DNA from: a virus
DNA length: 64,000 nucleotides
Strand: one strand, 5' to 3'
Virus record (IMG/VR): IMGVR_UViG_3300036766_001333
Location: 13,881 to 77,880 of that record
Below the pieces are notes generated by a model. That model did not search any database. It saw only the letters and a list, made by a program, of their open reading frames with translations, and was not told the origin of the DNA. Below, in pieces: positions 49,644 to 59,093 of this stretch (position 1 is its first letter; each line of letters begins with the position of its first letter). Both the position numbers and the translations under genes were made by a program.

Positions 49644-50558
49644 ATGAGTAAAGTTATCGAAGCCCTTAAGAAACTCCTTCCTGAAGAAAATCTTACTGAA
49701 GTAGCTTCTACAGTTGAAGGCATGCTGTCTGAGGCTAAGCAAGAATTAGAAACCGAGTTTAATAAGAAACTTGAAGAAGCTTACTCAGAATTAGCAAACG
49801 AATTAACCAACGCAGAAAAAACTGCTGTTGAAGGTTACGAACAAGCCTTTTCAATTATAACCGATCTTCGTAATCGCATTGATACTCAGAAGACCGAAAT
49901 GGAAAAGGTAATGTACACAGGTTTCGAAGAAGCATATCAAATGATCGAAACCGAAAAGAAAAAGACCAGTTCTCTTGAAGTAGATGTATATGACGAATAT
50001 GACAAGAAACTTCAAGAAATGACAGAATATATTGTTGATCGTGTTGACGCTTTCTTGCAAGAGAAGGGCGCTGAAATTTATGAACAAGCCAAGAAAGACG
50101 TTCTTAATGACCCACGTATGGCGGAACATAAAGTCGCTTTAGACAAGATCGTAGACATCACTGCTACCTATCTATCAGACGAAGATATGCACCTCGCTAC
50201 TTCCAGTAAGTTAGAAGAAGCTAGCAAGAACATCGAACACTTGAATGCTCAGATCAAGATGATGGAAGCTCGCAGTATTAGACTTGATAATGAAAATCGT
50301 AAACTCAACGAATCAGTTCGCAAGAGTGCAGAAATGCTTAATGAGAACAAAGTTGTTGAGAAGAAAGAAAAAGTACAGAAAGCCAAGAATGTATCGGGGA
50401 GAGGGCATGTAGTAACAGAAGAAACCGTTGTTATTGCGGAACATAACAACAAGGACGCTACAGCCAATAAAGTAGAAGATACCGATGTATTAGTAGAAGG
50501 TTTAGGAATGGATAAAGAAACCCTAAACGCTTTAGCTGGTACACAGAAAGCAAATTAA
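49644..50558 (+). CDS. Prohead core scaffolding protein (gp22-like)
   Basis: Acidic coiled coil between protease and MCP with many (L/I/V)xE sites. Confidence 0.85.
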   Translation: MSKVIEALKKLLPEENLTEVASTVEGMLSEAKQELETEFNKKLEEAYSELANELTNAEKTAVEGYEQAFSIITDLRNRIDTQKTEMEKVMYTGFEEAYQMIETEKKKTSSLEVDVYDEYDKKLQEMTEYIVDRVDAFLQEKGAEIYEQAKKDVLNDPRMAEHKVALDKIVDITATYLSDEDMHLATSSKLEEASKNIEHLNAQIKMMEARSIRLDNENRKLNESVRKSAEMLNENKVVEKKEKVQKAKNVSGRGHVVTEETVVIAEHNNKDATANKVEDTDVLVEGLGMDKETLNALAGTQKAN

Positions 50559-50589
50559 GTTTTTTAAAATAATTTTGGAGTAAAAGAAT

Positions 50590-52059
50590 ATGAATGCTAA
50601 TGCTAGATTTTTAAATGAAGCCCGTGAATTAGAGGGCAAATGGGCAAGAACAGGTTTGCTCGAAGGTATTGGGGACTACGACAAGAAGGGCGTATTCAAA
50701 GAGAACAAACATGATCGTGCTGCTGCTGCCGTCTTGTTCGAGAACCAAAGACTTATGAATGAAGTCTCCACCGATACTGGCGATATTGCACAGTTCAAGA
50801 GAATTTCTATTCCTCTTGTCCGTAGAATTTATCCTCAGTTAATCGCCAATAAGATCGTATCAGTACAGCCACTCTTAGGCCCAACTGGTTTGGTCTACTA
50901 CCTTCGTTTCCGTTATTCAAGTAACAAGGGTAGCGTTCGTGGTATGGATAATAACGGTGGCTTCCCAGGTGATGATGTAAACTCATTGATGCAGGGTGCA
51001 GATGGTACAGCACACCTCTCAAATATGTATTCTTCACAATTTGTGGAGAACGAAACTACCAGCACAGACCCAGGCGTAATCGCTATTGCAACATACGCCC
51101 CTCTCGAACACACACCAGTTCTCCCAGGAACTATGACTGGTACAGTGTTTGATGGCGCAGTCGCAATTCAGACTTTCACCGTGTCTGCTAGCACTGGTAC
51201 TTTCACCTTCAACCCAGCCGCTCCTGCTGGCGCTCATGCCACAGCCGGTTCTCTTAATGTTACAACTGGTGAAGTAACTATTACTTGGTCCGCTCCTGCT
51301 GGCCCAAATCATTTAGTTACAAGCTACGAATATAATATGGAATGCAATCAAGATTTACCAGAAATTAATCTTGTGGTCGAAAGTGAGGACATTACTGCTA
51401 AGACTCGTAAGTTGAAGGCAGTTTGGTCATACGAAGCTCAGCAAGACCTTCGCTCTCAGCACAATCTTGACGCTGAAGCCGAATTAACAGCAGTCCTTGC
51501 TCAAGAAATTAACCTTGAAATCGACCGTGAAGTATTAACCGACCTTCGTAATAATGCCGGTACAGTAGCAGCTTGGGATTACGCAACTGCCCTTGGCGAA
51601 ACCGTTAAGGAAAAGTATGAATCCCTCTATGTAAAAGTTGTAGAAGTAAGTGCAGTTATTCACAGAAAGACCTTACGTGGTGGTGCAAACTGGATCGTAA
51701 CTTCCCCTGAAGTTGCATCTATCTTTGAAACCGCAACAGCCGGTTTTGCTCCTGCACCTTCTGAAACTTTCACAAGCAGCTTGGGCATTCAGTATGTAGG
51801 CACAGTAAACAACCGTTGGAGATTATATAAAGACCCACTCTTCCTTACTAACCAAATCTTAATGGGTTATAAGGGTGATTCTTATATGGACTCTGGATAT
51901 TTTTACTGCCCATACGTTCCTCTTACTCAAACTCCAGTTGTTCTCGATCCTGAGAGCTTCTGCCCACGTAAGGGAATTTTAACTCGATACGGCAAGAAAT
52001 TATTGCGTGAAGGAGCCAAGTTCTACGCAAGAATGACAATTGCTAATTTTGTGATATGA
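50590..52059 (+). CDS. Major capsid protein (T4 gp23-like)
   Basis: PLVRR, VSVQP..GPTG, AKTRKLKA.W..E..QDL, EINLEIDRE, YCPYVPL, TRYG motifs. Confidence 0.97.
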   Translation: MNANARFLNEARELEGKWARTGLLEGIGDYDKKGVFKENKHDRAAAAVLFENQRLMNEVSTDTGDIAQFKRISIPLVRRIYPQLIANKIVSVQPLLGPTGLVYYLRFRYSSNKGSVRGMDNNGGFPGDDVNSLMQGADGTAHLSNMYSSQFVENETTSTDPGVIAIATYAPLEHTPVLPGTMTGTVFDGAVAIQTFTVSASTGTFTFNPAAPAGAHATAGSLNVTTGEVTITWSAPAGPNHLVTSYEYNMECNQDLPEINLVVESEDITAKTRKLKAVWSYEAQQDLRSQHNLDAEAELTAVLAQEINLEIDREVLTDLRNNAGTVAAWDYATALGETVKEKYESLYVKVVEVSAVIHRKTLRGGANWIVTSPEVASIFETATAGFAPAPSETFTSSLGIQYVGTVNNRWRLYKDPLFLTNQILMGYKGDSYMDSGYFYCPYVPLTQTPVVLDPESFCPRKGILTRYGKKLLREGAKFYARMTIANFVI

Positions 52060-52091
52060 TTTTTACACTGCTGCTATAATCAAGCAGACAT

Positions 52092-52122
52092 AAAACCCAA
52101 CAGGATTTTCCTGTTGGGTTTT
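52092..52122 (+). terminator. Intrinsic terminator after MCP (possibly bidirectional)
   Basis: aaaacccaacagga/tcctgttgggtttt 14-bp stem. Confidence 0.9.
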
Positions 52123-52166
52123 GTTGTTTTATTCTTTATCTTCCCACACTATAACACGATCAGAAG

Positions 52167-52424
52167 CTAATTGCCACTTTTTTTAGGCATTACATCCCCA
52201 TACTTTTCCAAGTTAGTTTTTTTAGTTTTTTCTTTAGCCGCATCTGTTTTTGCAGGGTTGGCGAGTTTAAGCCAACAAGGTCTACAGATATGCTTGCTGT
52301 CATTCTTTTTAAAGTTTTTGTCAGCGTCCTTCCATTTCAAAACATATTCTTTGCCACAACAATCGTACTTTATACGAACTTTTGTTGTAGTTAAAAGATT
52401 CTCGGAAATTTCTTCAATGTACAT
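52167..52424 (-). pseudogene. Truncated homing-endonuclease-like gene (Zn ribbon plus one KTNLEKYG unit)
   Basis: Strong AGGAGGAG SD, but the ORF stops right after the first repeat and has no nuclease domain. Confidence 0.55.
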
Positions 52425-52505
52425 AAATGCTCCTCCTTTTTGTATGTGAGTTTTCCAAATTTTGAAAAACCAATGCTTTTTTTAAAACTAAATCATAAAT
52501 ACTAC

Positions 52506-53393
52506 ATGGCTAATTTATCCCCCGCAATTACATTTCAGGTTGATATAATCAATCGTAGTAACCTTAATAGTAATTTACCTGATACTTTTGCTGATACAAT
52601 CAGTCAGCAGGGTGTTGCTACAATATGGATTGAAGGCGTACCACAAGCTTTAAAACAAGGCGATATTTTCACCTTATATGGCAAAGAAGCTGTACGTATC
52701 AAACAACTTTATATTGATGGCAATTTAGGAATGCTTAAGCTTTATACTGCACCTAAGGTAATTTATATATTTACTAACGACAATTATGTTGATTATGTGC
52801 GTGAACCTGGCGATAGTGTTTCGCATGAAGTTAATAATCTTATTGCAAGTCTTGGAACTTTTGAAATAACGCCTATTAAATTTAGAGGCATTAGTGCAGC
52901 TAGTTGGACAGCAGTAGCAGAAGCAGCAGACGTTATATTAATTCCAGAGTTAGAAGAAAATGATTTAGACCCGGACTTAAGCAGTGATTCAAAAACTATA
53001 ATTAGAAATTTCGTAAGTAATGGTGGAACTTTTGTGATGTTTGAGCCTGAAAGTGGGGATTTAATTACTGTTCTAAATGATATTTTTAGTTTTAGTTTAG
53101 ATACGAATAATGCTGATGAGCCTTTTACATTAACCACAGATGGACGCACTCTTTTCCCAGGATTATCTCCAACACTTCCAGACAACAATGGGTCTGATGC
53201 GTTAGATACTACTACATTACCTGCTGGCTCGACTACCATTTATTCTGGAGATGGCTCAAATGAGTCTATTGTAACTTTAATGCCTTATGGCAGTGGCAAA
53301 ATATATGTAATGGCATGGGATTGGTATGATGCTGCTCCGATTGGTGAGCAAGATGGGGGATGGAACTCTGTACTTCAACAAATAATCATCTAA
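52506..53393 (+). CDS. Late protein with C-terminal class-I GATase-like/DUF4350-like domain
   Basis: ADVILIPE...IRNFVSNGGTFV...YGSGKIYVMAWDW; CATAAATA 4 nt before the ATG. Confidence 0.55.
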   Translation: MANLSPAITFQVDIINRSNLNSNLPDTFADTISQQGVATIWIEGVPQALKQGDIFTLYGKEAVRIKQLYIDGNLGMLKLYTAPKVIYIFTNDNYVDYVREPGDSVSHEVNNLIASLGTFEITPIKFRGISAASWTAVAEAADVILIPELEENDLDPDLSSDSKTIIRNFVSNGGTFVMFEPESGDLITVLNDIFSFSLDTNNADEPFTLTTDGRTLFPGLSPTLPDNNGSDALDTTTLPAGSTTIYSGDGSNESIVTLMPYGSGKIYVMAWDWYDAAPIGEQDGGWNSVLQQIII

Positions 53394-53401
53394 GGAGAAT
53401 T

Positions 53402-53593
53402 ATGTTTACTCTAGAAATTTTGGCCAAAGATTTAAAAGAATTTGACGATAGGCTTAATGAGGCCAATATTGTTTACCGTATTGTTGGTAAAAGTGACGAT
53501 GGTACTAAAAAGACACTTAAGTTTAAAAAACAAGAGCAGTTAGATGCGGCTCAACTTATCTACACAGACATGACTAAACTTCCAGATAAATAA
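53402..53593 (+). CDS. Small hypothetical protein
   Basis: AAGGAG SD before ATG 53402. Confidence 0.6.
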   Translation: MFTLEILAKDLKEFDDRLNEANIVYRIVGKSDDGTKKTLKFKKQEQLDAAQLIYTDMTKLPDK

Positions 53594-53642
53594 TCATTTT
53601 TTACTCTTCCACATTTTTATAGTTGTCATTATAATCAAAATA

Positions 53643-54185
53643 ATGACAACTAAGGAATTATTAGAAATTTTAGATCGTACAAAATCAATGGATCGTTATA
53701 GGGAGGCTAAAAATCCTCCTCCAAAGCCGATTACTGCTAAACCTATCATAAATTGGAAAGTGAGAAAAGCTTTGAAAAACAGCATATTTAAGAAATATCT
53801 TATCATAATTGCCTGTCTTCTTGGAATTATAGTTTTATTTGTAATTACTCCTTTATGGGCAGTTTATCCTCCTTATGGCAAAGCTGTATTACTTACGATA
53901 CCTCCAATTCTCTTTATTTGTATTACATGGATGTTAGGCTGTTGGTGGGCCTATGATAAGGATAGACAGTTATTTTTTGCTATTAATATGGGAGGTATAG
54001 GTATTAGGCTTAGTTTTGGATTGATGTGGACTATTTTTGTTTTTAAGATTCCAGACATAGATCATGAGATGTTTGTATTTGCTTTAATGGCAATGTGGGT
54101 ACTATTCACCATACCGGAGATAGGTATGGTGAATGAATTTTCTAATAAACTGGAAGCTACTGCTGAATTAGAGCCAACTGACTAG
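53643..54185 (+). CDS. Four-TM membrane protein
   Basis: Four hydrophobic segments; TATAAT 7 nt before the ATG. Confidence 0.7.
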   Translation: MTTKELLEILDRTKSMDRYREAKNPPPKPITAKPIINWKVRKALKNSIFKKYLIIIACLLGIIVLFVITPLWAVYPPYGKAVLLTIPPILFICITWMLGCWWAYDKDRQLFFAINMGGIGIRLSFGLMWTIFVFKIPDIDHEMFVFALMAMWVLFTIPEIGMVNEFSNKLEATAELEPTD

Positions 54186-54391
54186 CACTTTTTGTCTTTG
54201 CCCTTTACGAACTTTTCGAATGGCTTTTCTTTCTTAGCCTTTTCGATTTTTTCTTTATGTTCTTCTGGTTCGCCTTCTTCATCGTCACCATCAAGGTCTT
54301 CGCCAGTTTCTTCTTCAGCATCTTCGACATCTTTTACATCTGCGTCGAACATTTTTTTCTTAGCTTCATAAAATTGTTGCCAGGTATTCAT
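54182..54391 (-). CDS. Small acidic/basic putative internal protein (MNTWQQFYE leader)
   Basis: GCTATATA 5 nt before ATG 54391; EEETGEDLDGDDEEGE tract then Lys-rich end. Confidence 0.65.
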   Translation of the reverse strand: MNTWQQFYEAKKKMFDADVKDVEDAEEETGEDLDGDDEEGEPEEHKEKIEKAKKEKPFEKFVKGKDKKC

Positions 54392-54421
54392 ATAATTATA
54401 TAGCAATTTAATAGATATTTT

Positions 54422-54577
54422 ATGCTAAATTTTATTGAATGGCTCAAGAAAGTTAAGGAAGCTTCAATCCCATATGACCCTAATTTAGATATAAGTGGTA
54501 GTGCAGGAGGATGGTGGGGTGCGCCTGGGAGTGGAGTAAAACATAAAAAACGTAAAAAGAAGAAGAAAAAGAGCTAG
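54422..54577 (+). CDS. Small putative internal protein with poly-Lys tail (51 aa), missed by ORF track
   Basis: MLNFIEWLKKVKEASIPYDPNLDISGSAGGWWGAPGSGVKHKKRKKKKKKS; AATAGATA 4 nt before the ATG. Confidence 0.7.
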   Translation: MLNFIEWLKKVKEASIPYDPNLDISGSAGGWWGAPGSGVKHKKRKKKKKKS

Positions 54578-54610
54578 TATTTTTTCCAGAAATTGATATT
54601 TTTCTGTTCT

Positions 54611-54826
54611 ATGGCGGGCTATCATTTGACTGAGATCAAGCGTGGCGAGTATGGAGAGCTTTCTAAGGTCGCTGAAGAGGTTTTAGAGGCAATTGATGCA
54701 CAAGACCAAGCAAACCCCGTAATGGTCCTTATAGAGCTTTCTGACGCTATAGGAGCAATAGAAGGCTATTTAGACAAACATTTCGATAGAAAAATTAATC
54801 TAGGTTCCGCTACCCCTGTACCGTAA
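54611..54826 (+). CDS. MazG-like all-alpha NTP pyrophosphatase, probably 3'-truncated
   Basis: SKVAEEVLE...IELSDAIGAI (EExxE...ExxD) pattern. Confidence 0.55.
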   Translation: MAGYHLTEIKRGEYGELSKVAEEVLEAIDAQDQANPVMVLIELSDAIGAIEGYLDKHFDRKINLGSATPVP

Positions 54827-54927
54827 ATCCATATAAAGCCTGAGTTTGCTAATAATCTTAAACCATATGAACCCACTTCTATCCCATTCATCATAATGTC
54901 TTTATTTACAACAGCGTTTTCCAAAAG
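54766..54927 (-). pseudogene. Fragment of a class-II aaRS-core-like phage gene
   Basis: DIMMNGIEVGSYGLR...WIYGTGVAEPRL; preceded by an in-frame TGA, N-terminal part missing. Confidence 0.45.
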
Positions 54928-55028
54928 TCAAGCATTGAGATTGGAACTGTAAAATTAAATTCTGTATTGCAAATTTCATCATAAACGTTATTTTGAATGA
55001 ACGGTTATTGTGACCAAAGGAGAGATTT

Positions 55029-55520
55029 ATGTTTCGTAGAACTTTCTTGACATCATTTCTTGTATCTTTAGTTCCCACTTCAATTTTCAACAAATTTTTG
55101 GGAAGACCTGATGAGGATTCCAAGGATGATTATTGGATTCCTTTGACTCCAATAAATCCAAAGAATTTACCTTTGGTAGAAATTGAAACATTACCTGACT
55201 CATTGGGATGGAAATTAACTAAAAAATTCGAAGGTGCTCTCGAAAATTGGAAAGTAATTAGAAATGACAAACACTTTGGCTTAGATGAATACAGATGCAC
55301 TAGAGTATGGTTAAATAAAAAGGATGCAATGGCTGGATTCTCTTCAAATGGTCGAACATGCGTGTATTGGGGAGAAGTTTCACTTAGACAATCTAGATGG
55401 ACTGACGAATATAGTCAAATAACATCTTCATTATTTTCTCCTACTGATGTCGCTAATTATATAGCTTTAGACTATCATGATTGCTATTCGTCTAAAAATG
55501 TTAAACTAAAAAACGCTTAA
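55029..55520 (+). CDS. Hypothetical protein with twin-arginine-like N-terminus
   Basis: MFRRTFL followed by a hydrophobic stretch; AAGGAG SD. Confidence 0.6.
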   Translation: MFRRTFLTSFLVSLVPTSIFNKFLGRPDEDSKDDYWIPLTPINPKNLPLVEIETLPDSLGWKLTKKFEGALENWKVIRNDKHFGLDEYRCTRVWLNKKDAMAGFSSNGRTCVYWGEVSLRQSRWTDEYSQITSSLFSPTDVANYIALDYHDCYSSKNVKLKNA

Positions 55521-55540
55521 ATTTTTGAAGGAGCATAGTT

Positions 55541-56143
55541 ATGTTAATGACTGGTTATATTCACAATATGATTGACAATAAATTGAATTTCAAGGATTTT
55601 GTATATTCATGTGCAAGAGCTTTTACGCCTTTAATATTAATGCGTGAAGACCCATTGAACGCTCCCATTCCTGATAAATTCGATCATGACGAATATCATT
55701 CTAAAGAATTAGATAAAGTAAGAAAAAAATATAAAATGTTATCTTCAATGGACTCGCAAGAACAATTGGCTTATGGTAAAAAAACTAAAGCTAAACTTGT
55801 CAAGATTTATGAAGAAAGTTTGGCTTTAGCAGAAGATAATTTTAAAAAAGTTTCAGCAATGTTGAAGAAAGTAGAAAACTGGAAGCCGCCATCTAAAGAT
55901 CATGAACCACTTAAGGCTTACATGATTAACCAGTTAAACGAGTCTAGGGATATTAAATATGAAAGAGAAGCCTTGGTAGGAGTAGAAATAAGAAGCGAGC
56001 AAAGCTTTTATGATGCAGATTTAGATATTAGCAAGCGAGATATAAAGTACCACACTGAAAAACGAATAGAAGAAATAGAACGAACTACAGCAAGAAATCT
56101 TTGGATTAAATTATTAAAGGAAAGTGTAGAAAATGAATGCTAA
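55541..56143 (+). CDS. Hypothetical phage coiled-coil protein
   Basis: TGY...F..F...CARAF...MRE N-terminus; AAGGAG SD. Confidence 0.6.
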   Translation: MLMTGYIHNMIDNKLNFKDFVYSCARAFTPLILMREDPLNAPIPDKFDHDEYHSKELDKVRKKYKMLSSMDSQEQLAYGKKTKAKLVKIYEESLALAEDNFKKVSAMLKKVENWKPPSKDHEPLKAYMINQLNESRDIKYEREALVGVEIRSEQSFYDADLDISKRDIKYHTEKRIEEIERTTARNLWIKLLKESVENEC

Positions 56144-56561
56144 TGACTTAAGAGATAAAATTAATGGATGGCTTATAAATGGGCTGAATGAAGCAGATGC
56201 AGAAGAATTTTATTCTGAACTAACCAAAGAGGAACAACAAGTTTATTATGAAATGTCGAAAGATTATCCTCCTATGGATTGGGATAAATACATGGGAAAT
56301 AATCATGAAAAAATCCCTCGATCTCACAGTTTTAAATTTGGAGGGGTTAGTTTCAAAAAACATTTAGAAAAGCCACTAAGTAAAGAATTGTGGGAGGATT
56401 TGACTAAAAAACTACAAATAAATGGCCTTTGTATTTATAAGCCTGGAGACGGCATATGGTATATAGACTTTGGTTGTGGTCATACTGATATAACTTTAGA
56501 TGAAAAAGGATTAGTTAAAGACATTGACTATTCGCCCTATATGAAAGGGAAGTTCGCATAA
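56133..56561 (+). CDS. Hypothetical protein
   Basis: 142 aa. Confidence 0.55.
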   Translation: MNANDLRDKINGWLINGLNEADAEEFYSELTKEEQQVYYEMSKDYPPMDWDKYMGNNHEKIPRSHSFKFGGVSFKKHLEKPLSKELWEDLTKKLQINGLCIYKPGDGIWYIDFGCGHTDITLDEKGLVKDIDYSPYMKGKFA

Positions 56562-56574
56562 ATGGCCTATATAA

Positions 56575-56955
56575 ATGAAAAAAGATAAATTAATAAAACT
56601 TAGTTTTGCTATGATTGATTTTCCTAATTCTCGTAGAGCTAAACATTTTAGTTTCATATTAATAAGAAATAAAGTAGTTAGTATGGGATGGAATATGGGT
56701 TTTAAAACTCATCCTTTAGCTCACAAAATGGGTCACAGATACGATTCGATTCATAGTGAATTACATTGCATTAAAAAATTTCCACATCCAGTTTCCGAGT
56801 TAGCAAGATGTAAATTATTTAATGTAAGGGTAAACAGAAAAGGCAAGGTTAGATTATCTAAGCCTTGTCTTAAATGTCAAAAGTTATTGGAAATATTCAA
56901 CTTACGGGAAGTTTGGTATACTTTAGATGGCGGAGAATTTAAACAGTTAACTTAA
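56575..56955 (+). CDS. Cytidine/dCMP deaminase-fold zinc protein
   Basis: IHSE and SKPCLKC motifs. Confidence 0.8.
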   Translation: MKKDKLIKLSFAMIDFPNSRRAKHFSFILIRNKVVSMGWNMGFKTHPLAHKMGHRYDSIHSELHCIKKFPHPVSELARCKLFNVRVNRKGKVRLSKPCLKCQKLLEIFNLREVWYTLDGGEFKQLT

Positions 56956-57608
56956 TTCTCATTTTCCAATTCAACAGACCAATAAACAGAATCTAGCCAC
57001 TGTTTCCAACTCTCATAATGAATTTCTCCGATTCTCAAGTTATAATTTGGCTTATGTGGTTCTTTGATATTAATATACCAAACTTTTTTATCATTTCTAA
57101 ATTCTACAACATAATAAGTAACTGCCTTACCATTTTCCATTATCAAATTTTTCTTAGGAACATGATTGGCTTTACAAGTGTTGCATGAAACGCAAGCAAG
57201 ACAAATGTTTTCCCATATAGTTTTGCCTCCAGCAGATTTTGGGATTATATGGTCCATGCTAAGTTCGCTTAGTGGAAATTTCTTTTTACAATATTGGCAC
57301 TTATTATTATCTCTTTTGAATATAGTTCTTCTAGAAAATTTAATTTTTTGAGAAGGAAGTTTATCGTACTTATTAAGCTTTATAATTTTAGGAATACGAA
57401 AATTATTTCCTACAGTAACAATTTTATCTTCATCATCTTTTGGCCGTATTTCTGCCCATTGCTTCCATGTATGCGGAGTATGATCGTCATCTATAACTTC
57501 GGCTTTAGCATGTCCAAAAAGCATAATTATTGCTTTTTGTAAAGTGGTCACACCAATTGCAACCATATTCTTATTAAGGACCAAAACTTTTCTTTGATTT
57601 AATTTCAT
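56952..57608 (-). CDS. HNH endonuclease (McrA-like)
   Basis: RDNNKCQYC...DHIIPKSAGG..WENICLACVSCNTCK. Confidence 0.9.
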   Translation of the reverse strand: MKLNQRKVLVLNKNMVAIGVTTLQKAIIMLFGHAKAEVIDDDHTPHTWKQWAEIRPKDDEDKIVTVGNNFRIPKIIKLNKYDKLPSQKIKFSRRTIFKRDNNKCQYCKKKFPLSELSMDHIIPKSAGGKTIWENICLACVSCNTCKANHVPKKNLIMENGKAVTYYVVEFRNDKKVWYINIKEPHKPNYNLRIGEIHYESWKQWLDSVYWSVELENEN

Positions 57609-57694
57609 TTTTCTGCCTATTTAACATGGTTTTATACATTTTATTTATTGACCATTTCATATAATTAAAAGTATATAAACTACTTTAGTATTAT

Positions 57695-57889
57695 ATGAAA
57701 AACTTTTGGTTAGATCAACTCCGAATAGGGAGATGTGTTAAATATAATGGACCTGACATTGCGATTCAGGGATTGATTGGCATGGTTACTAATATACTAA
57801 ATTCATGGGTAAATGTAACCTTTATTAAAAAAGGAAATAGCATAACTGTTACTGTAGAAAAAGAATATTTAGAAATAATACGAAATTAA
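57695..57889 (+). CDS. Small KOW/SH3-like protein
   Basis: IGRCVKY.G....GLIGMV pattern. Confidence 0.45.
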   Translation: MKNFWLDQLRIGRCVKYNGPDIAIQGLIGMVTNILNSWVNVTFIKKGNSITVTVEKEYLEIIRN

Positions 57890-57933
57890 TAAATAATATT
57901 GACATTTTAATTTTTAACTGATAGGAGAGTGGT

Positions 57934-58164
57934 ATGGAAAAAGCATATCTTCTTGTTGATTTTAGAAAGTTGAGATGCGAGAATTGTATGGTAGCTATAT
58001 CTAATGTACACGATGAATGTTGTTGGGGCTGTGGTGCTTTTTTTGAAGAAATTGATTCAAATCATATTGGCATGGCAAATAAAATCCGTAAGATAAGAGG
58101 AATTCCTGAGAAAGAAGAAACAAGGTATCCTGAAGAACTTTACCCAGAAATGGTATCCTCATGA
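57934..58164 (+). CDS. Small zinc-ribbon protein
   Basis: CENC...CWGC; AGGAG SD. Confidence 0.6.
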   Translation: MEKAYLLVDFRKLRCENCMVAISNVHDECCWGCGAFFEEIDSNHIGMANKIRKIRGIPEKEETRYPEELYPEMVSS

Positions 58165-58388
58165 ACTTTTGTCAATGTACAATGAGCAAGAATAACCTAT
58201 TCCAGACATCTTGGATTCCCGAAAGGTTCGCCAAAGTAGGTAAAATTCTAAAATTAAAAGAAAATGGCGTATGGGATGATGGCTGGAAGGTAGAAACTAT
58301 TGGCTTCCCAAGAGAAGAAAGTAAATTGCCAGATTACAGGAGCCTTATTAAATCTCATCTAAAAGCCACTGGAGATAAGGTCAAGTGA
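58161..58388 (+). CDS. Small hypothetical protein
   Basis: ATGA-coupled to the upstream gene. Confidence 0.6.
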   Translation: MNFCQCTMSKNNLFQTSWIPERFAKVGKILKLKENGVWDDGWKVETIGFPREESKLPDYRSLIKSHLKATGDKVK

Positions 58389-58564
58389 CTAATGCCAGAT
58401 GGATATCAAAAGGTAAAGATTGGTATGATGAAGGCACAGAAGCATTTTTATTATTTCCTATCACAAACGAATGTGGATTGTTCATTGGTATGAAAGACGG
58501 CAAAGAAGATGAAGAAACATGTTGTTTTGACGAATTTTATATTTTAGGTTATGGGTCTGAGTAA
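58385..58564 (+). CDS. Small hypothetical protein (59 aa), missed by ORF track
   Basis: GTGA overlap; MTNARWISKGKDWYDEGTEA...DEETCCFDEF. Confidence 0.55.
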   Translation: MTNARWISKGKDWYDEGTEAFLLFPITNECGLFIGMKDGKEDEETCCFDEFYILGYGSE

Positions 58565-58574
58565 AAATTCCAGA

Positions 58575-58602
58575 TTGACAATTCCGATTTGATTAGTATA
58601 AT
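58575..58602 (+). promoter_or_regulatory. Sigma70-type early promoter
   Basis: TTGACA-16 nt-TATAAT upstream of 58651. Confidence 0.75.
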
Positions 58603-58650
58603 AATTACAATGATTGTTTTAAAAATACGTCACTAACACAAGAGGGATTT

Positions 58651-58974
58651 ATGGTTCAGACTGAAAAAATGGCTCAATTTTGCAAGCAATTCCACCAGCA
58701 AAACAAAGTTTTGAAGCGATACGTAAGGAACAGAAAGCAACTTCCTGTAGGTGTTCTAGTTGCATTCAAACGCCCAACCGACAGTCAAATTGTAATTGGT
58801 TGGAGCAAATGTCACATGAGTATGGATACTTTTGATAAGCATATGGGCACCTATGTTGCAATTAATAGGGGTCTTGTTCACCCTATTGAAAAAGATTCGG
58901 ATGTACCACAAATTGTCAGGAAATCTCTTGAAACTTTTCGAGAAAGGGTCAAGAAATATTTCAAATTGAAGTAA
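58651..58974 (+). CDS. Hypothetical early protein
   Basis: IGWSKCH..D.FDK..G...A..R pattern. Confidence 0.6.
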   Translation: MVQTEKMAQFCKQFHQQNKVLKRYVRNRKQLPVGVLVAFKRPTDSQIVIGWSKCHMSMDTFDKHMGTYVAINRGLVHPIEKDSDVPQIVRKSLETFRERVKKYFKLK

Positions 58975-59093
58975 TACTATGAAATGTTATGGATGTGGTA
59001 TAGAAAAAGACTTGGACAAGGAAGAAATTTATCCTTATCCAGAAGATCAAAGATTAACAACTGATCCTATACCGCCATTATATAGGAGGATTT

